DNA of 58,739 nucleotides, from NCBI GenBank assembly GCA_016748015.1, contig JAAOMT010000397.1:9581-68319 (forward strand), given 5' to 3'. Both the position numbers and the translations under genes were made by a program. Positions 39,325 to 51,781 of the stretch are shown here, in pieces; positions within the stretch are counted from its first letter, which is position 1, and the number at the start of each line of letters is the position of its first letter. Source of the DNA: Geosiphon pyriformis uo1. Taxonomy: Eukaryota; Fungi; Glomeromycota. The notes under the pieces were generated by a model that did no database searches, had not been told where the DNA came from, and was given only the letters and a program-made list of their open reading frames with translations.

Positions 39325-41415
39325 TAATTTTATTGGCTGGTTTTTCACCAGTCAAAGTTCCCTCAAAGAGACACACTTGGGTTAGTCCCAGTGTTGCCTT
39401 TACCCCGACTAAGAGCCCAAAAGTTTTTAATAATAGACCAGTAAATAAGCTGGTCTTCCCCTTTATAGATTTAACACCTGATGTTTCTGGCACCACCTCC
39501 TCAAAAAAAATGATCAAAAAAACCAAAATTTCAAAAAAGTGGAAGCAGTCGCTTGCCTCTGCTATTGTTACACTGAACCTCTTTGTGGTTCCCAATGAGA
39601 TCTTAGATAAAATCTCCATAGCATCATCCGGCATATTATCCAAGATGGGCCAAAATCAACTACTGGCTGTGTTGCCAAATGTGGTGTCTTCTGGCAGATC
39701 ATTGCCAGTTTTAAAAGCAAAACAATTTTCTTTTGTTGGGTCATCTGTTCTTGGGAACTGGACTGATCAAATAGAAACTGATTCATTTTCTTCTCTAGTT
39801 TCTGGTGCTACTTTTGGTGGTGCTTGGAAAACTATTACTAGTCGTCAAAAGTTTGCTGGGTGGGTGGCCTTTACTCTGGTGCCTGGTGTTACTTTTAAGA
39901 TCAAATTGGCTCATGTTAAGACTGTTTTTCAGTCTGTGCATGGTTTCTTGGATGCTAAATCTGTTTGAAAAGATAATGTGAAGCTTTTCTGTATGGAGTT
40001 TGCTTCTCAATAGTCTTTGAAAGCTGTGTTTCTGGTTGAGCTTACAGGCTCTGTTTGTTTGACCACTCTCAAAATTGCCAAGTCTTTGGTGGTTTCTGAA
40101 TCTGGTTCCTCTCCTGCTGCTGTTGCACTGTGTAATGTACCTTTGGGTGTGTCTACTGCTGACATCAAGTTGGCTTTCAGTGTTTTTGGTAGTATTACTC
40201 GTGTTGTGCTGAAGCCTGCTGGTATTTGGCAGTATGTGGTGATTTATTTTGAAAAGTTGGACTCTGCTGTGTCTGCTTTGGAGCATTGGTCAGTCTTGAT
40301 GGGCAAGAATAGTGTTAGAATTCTTCCTCTGGTAAATCAAAATAAGACTATTTTGTTTTGTGATAAGTTTAAGGCCAAATTGGTCAATCTTCCTCCTGGC
40401 TGTACTGCTTTTGAAATCAGTGATATGATTTCTCAGATTGGTGGTCGAACATGTTTCATCCCTTGTTCTCCTGATTCTGGTTGTCATTTCCAGTTTGCTT
40501 TGATTATATTTGAATTTCAAGGTGATTTGGATTCTGCTGTAGTCAAGACTGGTACTCTAAGGAAATACCGTATTTGGTGGAAAACTTCTGGCTGCCGGTG
40601 CTGCTTTAGGTGTCAAGAAATGGGCTATCTGGCTATGGATTGCAAGATTTCTCCACCTCCTACTCCCAAGATTCCCAAGGTTTTCAAGTCTTGTTTTGTG
40701 AGTTCTGCTTCATATGCCAAGACTGCTGTTCCTTCTGGTCTTTCTGAGTTTCCTCCTTTAGTGGCTTTTTTGGCTGCTTCTGCTGCTGATCCTGCTATTA
40801 GTTCCAGGTTGGACTCTTTGGAAAAGCAGATTTTGGATTTGGCTGCTCTGGTTAAGTCTATTGTTAAGCCTGTTAGTTCTTTGGTTGCTTTGGTGTCTCG
40901 TCTTCTTAATGATAATGCTGTTAAGGCTGTTCAGGTCAAGAAAGATATCATTTCCATGAAGAGTGCTGCTAACAATTTTTCTAACCTTATAGTTAGAGTT
41001 TCCAAAGACATTGCTTGTTTTAGATTTGAGGTTGACTTTGGTGATATGGATTATGATGGTATGCTGGCTGCTAAGTCTTCTTTTTTAAGTGAAGACACTA
41101 TTGAGTGTATTATTGCTTTGTGGCAAATGTCTGGTGCTGAAACCAGGAGCAATATTAAGTCTACTAGATTGTTTTTTAGTGAGTTTATTTTTGACTCTAA
41201 GAATTTGAATGGTATTATTGAGAGAATTTGTGAGTTGGAGTTGTTCTCACCTACTTTTGATTCAGCATAGTGAGTTCTTGATTGGGCCGAATGTCTGATC
41301 ATGTGTAGAAAACGCATGATTTACGCTTATAATATAATCTCTTCTGTGGTATTATAGTTTTAGGTAGTATTTGGGTCTCGCTTGTTAAAATAAAATAAAA
41401 TAAAATAAAATAAAA
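39325..41415 (+). mobile_element. ORF1-only non-LTR element, copy 1 (5'-truncated; C-terminal type I)
   Basis: ORF1 39333-41270 (two internal stops; CFRCQEMGYLAMDC), 3' UTR 41271-41385 matching the LINE 3' UTR, (TAAAA)x6 tail. Confidence 0.88.
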
Positions 41416-41710
41416 TTTATTTTAAATACTAAATTTATTAACTTTTAAATTAAATAAATTAATAATTTAATGTTTTTTGGTTTTTAAAATTACTATTATC
41501 ATATAAATTTTTATAATACAAAAATTTAGAATTTTTAATAATTTTTATATATTTTAAATAATTATTAAAATTTTTAATATTTTTAAAATTTTTAAAATCT
41601 TTTTTGGTTTTTTAAAATTTTAATATTATATTTGCTAACTTATTTATTATATATATTAAATTTTATTATTTTTTTATTATTTTTTAAGTAATATTATTTA
41701 TTATAAAATT

Positions 41711-43967
41711 AAAAAACTCTTTATGTTCTTAATTTTATGACCACAATTAAAGCAAAGAGTAAAAAGACTGCAATTTTTTTTTTTAAAGTAACTAATAAAG
41801 TTTTAATATAAAAAAGTCTCTTTGTTATTAAATAGCTAAATATAATGTCTTAACTACATTTTCTTTAGATATTAATAATGAAAAGCTGTCTTTAATAATT
41901 GCTAAAACATTTTTTTCATCTTTGACTGGTTTTTTATTAATTAAAATTTCTTCAAAAAGACACACTTGAATTAGTTTTAGTATTGCTTTTATCTTTTTCA
42001 AAAGCCCAAAAGTTTTTAATAACAGACTAGTTAACAAGCTAATCTTTCTTATTATTGTTTTTATATCTGGTGCTATTAGTACTATTTCTTCAAACAAAAT
42101 GATCAAAAAGACCAATGTCTTAAAAAAATGGGAGCAATTGTTTGTCTCTGCTATTGTTATACTGAATCTCTTTATAATTCTAACTAAAATCTTAAGTAAA
42201 ATTTCCACTGTATTATTCAGCATATTATCTAAGATAGACCAAGATTAATCATTGACTGTGTTGCCAAATGTGGTGTCTTTTAATAAATTTTTGGCAGTTT
42301 TAAAAGTAAAGTAATCATTTCTTATTGGGTCATCTGTTTTTGAGAACTGGACTGATCAAATGGAAACTAAATCATCTTTTCTGATTTTTGATGCTGCTAT
42401 TAGTAATATTTGTAAAACTATTACTAGTTGTCAAAGGTTTAATAGGTAGATGGTCTTTACTTTAGTATTTGATAATATTTTCAAGATCAAATTGGCTTAT
42501 GTTAAAGCTGTTTTTTGGTTTGTACATGGTTTTTGGATGTGAAATCAGTAACAAAAGACAATTTGAAGCTTTTTTGTATGGAATTTGCTTCTCAAAGTTC
42601 TTTGAATGCTGTATTTTTGATTGAGCTTACAAGTTTTATTTGTCTTATTACTTTTAATATTGCCAAGTCTTTGATAATTTCTGAGTTTGGTTTTTTTTTT
42701 GCTGTTGTTGCACTGCATAATATGTTCTTAAATATGTCTGTTGTCAATATTAAATTAGCTTTTAGTGTTTTTAGTAAAAGTCTATTGGTATTTAACAATA
42801 TGTGGTTACTTATTTTAATGAATTAAAAACTGTTGCATTTATTCTCAATTATTAGTTAATATTAGAAAACAAAGACAGTATTTGGATTTTTTCTCTTGTA
42901 AATCAAAAAAAATTATTGTGTTTCATGATAAGTTTAGAACTAAGTTGGTCAATTTTTTTTTTGGCTGTACTGCTTTTAAGATTAATAATATGATTTTTCA
43001 AGTTGGTAGTCAAACTTGTTTTATTTCTCATTTATCTAATTCTGGTTGTTATTTCCAGTTTGCTCTGGTTATATTTGGCTCTTAAGTTAATTTGAATTCT
43101 GTAGTTGTCAAGACTGATACATTAAAAAAATGCTCTATTTGGTGAGAAACCTCTAGTTGTCAATGCTGCTTTAAATGCCAAAAGATGAGCCATTTGGCTG
43201 CAAACTATACAGTTTTTTTATCTTTTCTTTTTATGGCTTCTAAAATGTTCAAATTATGTTTTATGAGTAATGTTTTTTATGTTAAGGTTTTTGTTTATTT
43301 AAATTCTTTTGAATTTTTTTTTGACAGCTTCTGCTTTTTTTTCTGTGATTGTTGTTAATCTTCTGTTTTTTTTTGGCTAGTATTTCTGGAATCTGATTTG
43401 GTTAAGTTGTCAACTTTGATTAAATCAATTAATAAACTTATTGGTGTATTAATTACTGTATTTGAATATTTTATTAAAAACAATCTTACTTTTAGCAGTG
43501 TTTTTAGTTTAAAGATTAATAAGCTTATGGTTTATTTCGGTTTTTTTAACAAGATTGTTAGTAAGTTAGAAAAAAAAATAGTTTTTTTGAAGAAAAAATA
43601 CTACATAAATAATATTGATATGTCTGGTAATTTGGAGTGTTCAATTGGTATAGATAATAATATGTTTTTTAACTTGATGTTTTTTTGAACATATAAACCT
43701 ATTAATATTAAAACTGATTCTTTAAAAACAGCCAAATGACTGATTAAATTGGTTTTTTATAGTATTATTTTGTTTGAAATTATTTAGAAGATATTATTTT
43801 TGGATAAGTTTTCTTTTGTTATATCAATATAACATATTCTGAACTAACTTAAATAACTGGTTATATATAGAAAGTATATGAATTATATTTAGTACTAAAA
43901 TACTTAATTTGTTCCTAATTTCTAAATAGTAGTTGGATTTTGTTCATTGAATCTAATAAAAAAAAAA
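41711..43967 (+). mobile_element. ORF1-only non-LTR element, copy 2 (full length, heavily decayed; C-terminal type II)
   Basis: ORF1 41737-43832, 3' UTR, A-tail 43958-43967; collinear with copy 3. Confidence 0.85.
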
Positions 43968-44490
43968 TTTATCAAATCTAAATTAAAATATTTTTTAAAA
44001 CTAATATTTTTTTAAATTTATTTTTATTAAAATTGTCATCTAAAATAACAAAAAAAATTATTTATAGTTTTAGTTATAAATTAATTTTATTTATCTAAGC
44101 CAATTATATATTTAAAAAAATATTAATATTTAATCTTAAACCAATAATAAAATATTTATATTTAAAAAACAGTTTAAATAATAATAATTATTAATTTATT
44201 TTTAAAATCTTGTATATATATCTAACTAAATTATTGTTTACAAAAATTATAATACCAAATTTCAAATAATTAAAATTAAAAATATAATTTTAATTTTATT
44301 AAATTTATTTATAATTTAAAATTTAATTTAATCATAATAAATATAATAATTAAATTTTAATTATTTTATATTATTTATTAATATTAATTTACTTAACAAT
44401 ATTTTTTATACTTTTAATATTACATATAAATATTTTTTAAATTAAATTAAATATTAAAAAAAAACTATTTATAACTTATTTTTAAGAATA

Positions 44491-46793
44491 TTTTTTATTT
44501 TTATTTTATTTTTTATTAAAGTTTAACAAATAAGGCCCAACTACTATCTAATACAATAAAACTACATAAAGTTCTAAATTAAATATGGCTCACATGCTTT
44601 CTACATATAACCAGTTACTCAAGTCAGTTCAGGCTATACTATGTTGAAGCTTTTGAAGAAAACTTACCCAAAGCTAACATCTTCTAAACAATAGAAAACA
44701 AAGTAACACTACAAGGAACCAATCTAACCAGCCACTCAGCTGTTTTCAAGTCATTAGTTTTGACATCAATAGATTCATGTTCCCAAAGAGACATCAGATT
44801 AGAAAACACCTTATCATTCAAGCCAACCAAATGCTCTAAATTACCAGACATATCTATATTCTCCATGCAGCACTCTTTCTTTAAAGAAATCATCTTTCTT
44901 CCCAACTTACCAACAACTTTATTAAAGAAACCCATATGCATCATAATCTCATTAATTTTAATGCCAAGCTTGCTGCTCGAGACCAAATCACCATTAACAA
45001 ATTGTTCAAACAATTTGACCAAAAAACCAACTGGTTTGACAATAAACTCAACCAAAGCAGAAAGCTTAACCAAATCAGATTCCAAAGAAGATAATCAGAA
45101 CAGCACCAGAGAATCGCCAACAACAACTGGAGAAAAGACAAGAGGAGATAAAGGCGGAAATCCAGAGGAGCCCAAGAGAACAGAAGCTTTGGCATAAGAC
45201 TTGGGACCAACAAAATAAGATGTAAACACCTTGGAAATCTTAGGAAGAAGAGGTAAAGAAACCTTACAATCTGCAGCCAAATGGTCTAACTTTTGACACT
45301 TGAAACAATGCTGATAACCAGAAGTTTTCTACCAAATGCAGCATTTTCTCAATGTACCAGTTTTGGCAATAGCAGAATCCAAATTAATCTGAAACCCAAA
45401 TATAACCAGAACAAACTGAGAACAATAACCAAAATCAGAGAACTGAAGAATAAAACATGTCCGACCACCAACCTGAAAGATCATATTACTAATCTCAAAG
45501 ACAGTACAGCCAGAAGAAAGATTGACCAATTTGGTCTTAAATCTATTACAAAACAAAATAGTCTCATTTTAATTCACCAGAGGGAGGATCCTAATACTAT
45601 TTTTGCCCACCAAAACTGACCAATAATTTAAAGCAGACACAACAGAGTTTAAACTTTTAAAATAAATTACCACATACTGCCAAATGCCAGTAGGCTTTAG
45701 CACAACATAAGTAACACTACCAAACACACTAAAAGCTGTCTTAATGTTAGCAGTAGACACACCCAAGGGCATATCATGCAGTGCAACAGCAGCAAAAAAG
45801 AAACCAGACTCAGAAATTACCAAAAATTTGGCAATTTTGAGAGTGGCCAAATGTACAGAGCTTGTAAGCTCAACCAAAAATGCAGTTTTTAAAGACACTT
45901 GAGAAGCAAACTCCACACAAAACAGCTTTACATTGTCTTTTGATACTGACTTTGCACCCAAAAAACCATGTACTGACTGAAAAACAGTCTTAACATAAGC
46001 CAATTTGATCTTGAAAGTAGCACCAAACATTAGAATAGAGGCCACCCATCCAGCAAACCTTTGACAACTAGTAATAGTTTCTCAAGCACCATCAGAAGTA
46101 GTATTAGAAACTAAAGAAGGAGATAATTCAGTTTCCATTTGATTAGCCCAGTTCTCAAGAACAGGTGACCCAACAGAAGAAAATTGTTTTGCTTCTAAAA
46201 CTGGCAATAATCTACCAGAAAACACCACATTTGGCAACACAGCCAGTGGTTGATCTTGGCCCATCTTGGATGATGTGTTGGATGATGCTATAGAGATCTT
46301 ATCTAAGATTTCATCAGGAACCACAAAGGGATTTGGTGCAACAATAGTAAAGACAAGTGACTGCTTCCACTTTTCTGAACTTTTGGTCTTTTTGACCATT
46401 TTTTTTGAAGAGAAGGTATTAGCAGCATCCAGATGTTGAAGCTATAGAAAGGAACACCAGCTTGTTAACTGGTCTATTATTAAACACTTTTGGGCTCTTA
46501 GTAGAGATGGAGGCAACACTGGGACTGATCCAAGTGTGTCTCTTTAAGAGAACTTTAACTGGTAAAAAACCAGCCAAAGATGAGGAAGTTGTTTCAATGG
46601 CTATCAAAGACAGTTTTTCACAATTACTGGGTAAAGAGAAGGCTTCTAAAACGTTTTGCCTAGTTGCTTCTACAACAAAGAGAGCTTTTCTGGTTGAAAT
46701 TTTATTAGATATCTCAGGACAGATATTAAGTGCAGCTTTTTTACTCTTTGCTCTGATCATGATTATAAAATTAAGGAGACAAAGAGTTTTTTT
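44491..46793 (-). mobile_element. ORF1-only non-LTR element, copy 3 (full length; C-terminal type II)
   Basis: ORF1 ~46766-44639 is seen as ORFs 46419, 46082, 45569, 45329, 45095 and 44684. 3' UTR and TAAAA-like tail at 44491-44516. Confidence 0.88.
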
Positions 46794-47113
46794 AATATTT
46801 TTTTATTGAAGAATATTTTATTAAGTTTTAATCATACAATATTAAAATATAAAAGTTTAATCAATTTAACTTTAAGATATTTTAACTTAAATATTAAAAA
46901 AACAGCAAATAAAAATATAATATCTAATTTAAAAAATATTAATAAGATTTAATTAGACAAAAACCTAATATTATATTTTTATTATTATTATTATTATTTA
47001 ACGAGCGAGGTCCAAACACTACCTAGAACTATACATCAAAGAAATGATCTAAACTAGGTGTGAATCATGCACTTTCCACATGTGACCAGCCATTCAAGCC
47101 AGTCAGAACAACA

Positions 47114-50100
47114 CTATGCAATTATATTAGCTAAAACTGGGTTCCCAATACCTAAAAAAAAAGAGCAAGATTTGTAAAAGCCAAAACGGATGCCAAAAGC
47201 TTCAGTAATACCAAGCAGTTTAACCACATCATTCAAGAATCTTGACGTCAAACCAGAAATTGAGATGGAAACCAAGCCATCCACCAAAATTAAGTCATTC
47301 TTTTCTATGTATGCACAATGCTTGGCATGGACCAACCAAATGTCATTCCTGAAAGCAATACAAATAGAGTGTACAAAATCAGCAATATTAATGCCAGCAA
47401 CTTTGGAATCATGGAAGATAGAAACAGCTTCCTGAAGCCATCCTTTGAAAATGAAACTCTTGCAAAGAGCTGAGAATACCAGGAAATCTGAAGCACAGAT
47501 CAACAGCATCTATAAAATGCTTGAAGAAGAGAGAGAGAGACCAGAAAGCATCTTCCAAGAAGACATACAGGATTCCAAAACCCAACGACGAGCTGCATCA
47601 TTAATCATACAAGAAAACACATGATCAGACACCTCCATCTTACCACAATATAGACACAAAACGCTAGGGTAACATTTATCATAAATGCGCTTTTAAACAA
47701 CAACAGAAAGCCGATGGTACAAAGCCTTCATAAAGTAAGTATGAATATCAGCAGTGCGTCTACTGGTGAAACCAGTTGCCATATGCAAATCAGAGTGCCA
47801 AACTCCAGAAAAGGTAAGCCAATTGACATCCGAGTGCAAATCACCAGCTAGAAACCCAGAACCAAAACCGATCTCCCAGCGCGCCCGATAGACAGCACGA
47901 AAAACATTTCAAACAAAGTGCCTAGAATTACCAGAAACAATATCACCATCTGCCAACAAAAACCATTTAGCAACACAAGGAGAGAGAAACTGATCAGAAA
48001 GAGCTGCAGCGTCAGCGATGCTATCGGTGCAATCATTTCCTAATACACCAGAGTGGCTTTTAATCTTGTGCCAGCTAACCCTCAAATTTTTTCTGTGAAT
48101 AATATTCCTAATATGCTGGTGCTCAACCCAACACTGATTGTGAAAATCAGGACACACCAAGTTAACCTCTGATTTGCAAGCATTCAAAGCAGCCTGGTTA
48201 TCTAAAAACAGGCAAACAGAATGATCCACAGGTACACACTTCAGAGCCAATGCTATAGCCTGCAACTCTGCCAAAGTAGACAACATTAAACCCTAAACAC
48301 AGACACCTAAACCCAAGTCAATGTCCTCAAAAAAGGCAGCAGCTCCGGCCTTACAACCAGTCATGCCCAAATTTTTCACCGACCCATCTGTATACACAGA
48401 CAAACTATTAGTGCCAACCCAAGAAAGACAATCATATACAGACACAAAATCATCAGAACCACAAATGTCCATAGGGCTAACACCACACAAAGCCAAAGAA
48501 GAGAGAGGTGTACCACTAAAAAATACAACAGAGTGCCCGAACTACTCAGAAACTGGGCCACAAGGATCCAGTTTTTTCCACCACTTAAAGGTGTACTAAT
48601 CAAAGATATCCTCATGATGATCCTGAAGCTGATCCACAAAGACAATGCCATATCACCAAAGAGAAGGCATGTATTTGAAAAACAAGGATTTACCCAGAAC
48701 AGTAGATATAGGCACCCTATCACGAAACCAAAAAGAGCTGGCCAAAGAGCCACCTAAAGACAAATTGCATTCAAAAAGAATGTGTACCAAACTTAACAAG
48801 AAATTATTGGAAACACTGACATGGATATGAGCTGGTGAACTCAATGAATGAATGGGGTGCCAATACAGAATCTGCAAGTCATAAGACCTGTGATTAAACA
48901 ATTGACCCAGGACCCCGCAGGAGTTCACAAAACTAATAAGTAAAGCAACCTTGCTTTTACACTGACATTGTGAAAATGACTTTAAACCGAAAAAGGAAGG
49001 ATGATAAATCATGTTACTAGGAAAATTGAGAGAAAAACCAGATTTAAGTTTCAAACCCTTATGAATCAGAGCATTCCATTTGTCATACACACTAACAGGA
49101 ACAAAACTGAATTGTGTCTTGTAGCTGACTATAGGATAAAGAACTGCCAACATCAGGTACAAGAACTGCTTATCTGAAACCACTTTCTTTAGAACCAAAT
49201 TGCTGAAAAAACAAATGTCTAAATACACTTTAGCTAAACTAGGCTTAGAAAGACCATTAGTTAAGAGAAAGATACCAAGATACTGATGAGATTTGCCTTT
49301 TTTGGCTATGGAAATGGGTGAACCACTGATGAAAAGAGACAGATTGCTGATCCTGCTATTAATAGAAATGACCACAGTTTTGTCATTATTGATTGAAATG
49401 TCATTAATCTAAAAAAATTCATTAGCAACATTGAGAATATGTTGAATAGCAGCCTGACTGCTGCCAACCCAAATCATGTCATCAACAAAGGCCCCAGCAG
49501 CAAAGAAAGTAGAAAACCCAGCCTAAGATTCAGCGTGACTACTTCTAGAGACAAAATGGAAATTAAGTCTATACCTGTATACACTCTTTTGATGCTTGAC
49601 TTCACACAAAAGAGGATCATAAAATATGTGCCAAAGAAGAGGGGAAAAAACTTCTCCTTGGTCCAACCCATCATGTACACTATAACCATCAGTTAAACCG
49701 AAATCTGTCATAACCCAATTGGTCTGATTTCTATGAATATTACCACAAAAACAAATAAATTTGTCACACATTTTGATTCTGACCAAACACTTCTTGAGAT
49801 GCTCCCATCCAACAGAGTCATACACTTTTCGCATGTCCTACAATACCAGCTAGAGCTCTTGGTTCTTCTCCAAAGCATTTTTAACAATCAAACCAATAGC
49901 AAAAATAGGAGTTTGGGTAGTTGTACTCTTCAAAACTAAAAAATTATCTCCACGAAGAATGTTATGAGCACTGCACGCCAGTGATATCCTGTTGAAGAGG
50001 ATCTTATGAGCTGTTTTAATCAAGACTATAGGTCAAATATTTGTGAGGACACTTTTCGACTTGTATGGTTTAGGGATCATCGAAATCCAAGCTTCCCTCC

Positions 50101-51781
50101 AAGGACCAGACACAGACTCATGAGACAGACAAGAATTCAGAAGCACCAAAAGCATATCCAGAACAGACCTATTACTGTGCATCCACAGCTCATTTGAAAT
50201 ACCTGAAAGACCAGCAGCCTTGTTAATAGGCAGATCAGAAACCATACCAAACAATTCCAAAAACTCAATTGGCTGCATTACATCAGAAAAAGCCTCATTA
50301 AAAACGTAATTCAATAGCTGATACTGACAGTATCACATATCAGAAACATCGGGAACCACCCTATGCTTCTTAGTCCATTCTTCCATGATTTCATCCACCC
50401 TTGATCTCACAGGACCAGGTTCCAAAATCAGCTCATCGTCCACAACCAAGTAATCCAAAACAATCTTATGGAAAGTTCGCTCCAGAATGCTCCGAATAAT
50501 GTAACCCTTGTTCAGCTCGAAACTTTCCATTCTCTTATTGATTGCTGATTTAATTTGAGATTCCTCTATGTGCTTCAATTCCACCATTTTAAGTGAGCAA
50601 TAAGTTTTTTTGATCTTAGAAAAAGCTGACCAAACAGTATTAAGAGGAAAGCTAGAGAGAAAAAGAAATCTGACCACAGAGGCATTATCATTATCAAGAG
50701 AACTCCAGACATCCAACAGTGAAATGAATTTGTCACAACAAATCAACCGAAAAGCTTTAATCAGCTTCGATATCAAAAGTTCCAACTTATAAAATTTGGA
50801 TGAATTCCTAGTGAAGACACCATCATAGTCCTTAAATCATTTCTTCTTGAACACCTCATCAGCTGAAAAAATCATTATCTTGTGAACAATGTCTCACATT
50901 GCATCCAAATCTGAGAATTACTGGGAGACAATAAAATCATCAAAGAACATGGCAGCATTAGCTGCCGTAGCACCCTTGAATTTGTTCCATTTCACGTTAT
51001 CAGCACCCTTAAAATTAAACTTCCAACAATCTCTATTCACCTGTTTGCGAAGAAAATTCAACTGCACATCCAATAAACCACCCAAACCCAAAGACACAAA
51101 AACAGCCTGATAGTCCATTTCAAAATACTCACCAACATCTGAGACACTGCAGTGTACTATTGCATTAACCAAATTTGAAGAAACAAATATATAGTCAATC
51201 ATTTTTCTAGCACCCCTAGAGTTTGCCCAAGTAGGCAATTTCACAGCCAGGCTTTTGACCAAAGAATTTGCCAGACCCAAATCAAGGCACTTCCTAAAAC
51301 TTGCACACTTATGAGAACCATCTTCATTGAAATTACCACCAAGAATAATGAAAGAAGATTTATTGACAGTCTTCGCAATGAGAGAGTTGATTTCACCAGC
51401 CTGAGATAACCAAACTGCCAGAGAAACACCAGCATAAAGCTCCAGAATCAACACAGAAAATTTACTCTTGAAAAGTAATTTAATGAACAGAAGCTGACCA
51501 GACACCTCAGAAATCTTGCACATATGATGAGCCAAAAAAACGTCCATAATAACAGCAACACCCACACCCAAGTGACCAGAGTCTAAACCAGAAGTGAACA
51601 CTCGAACACCATCAAACTTATCTACAATCCACGAACAAATCTTACTTCTTAATTTCATTTCAGTAATGATAGAAACCAAATTGTTTATTTCCTTATGCCA
51701 CTTAATAATGTTTTTCTGCTTAGCAGGATTGTTCATGTCCCTAACATTGCATGTGGCAACTTTCCAGACCAAACTGCTCAT
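47114..51781 (-). pseudogene. LINE ORF2: APE endonuclease - RT - RNase H - C-terminal CCHC
   Basis: WKVATCNVR, GGNFNE, IDYIF; KAAGLSG, MIPK, DMRKVYDSV, GLDQGEVFSPLLW, AFVDD (~49480), YLGI; VYTDGS, AELQAI, WHKIKSHSG..GND; CLYCGKMEVSDHVFSC. Confidence 0.92.
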
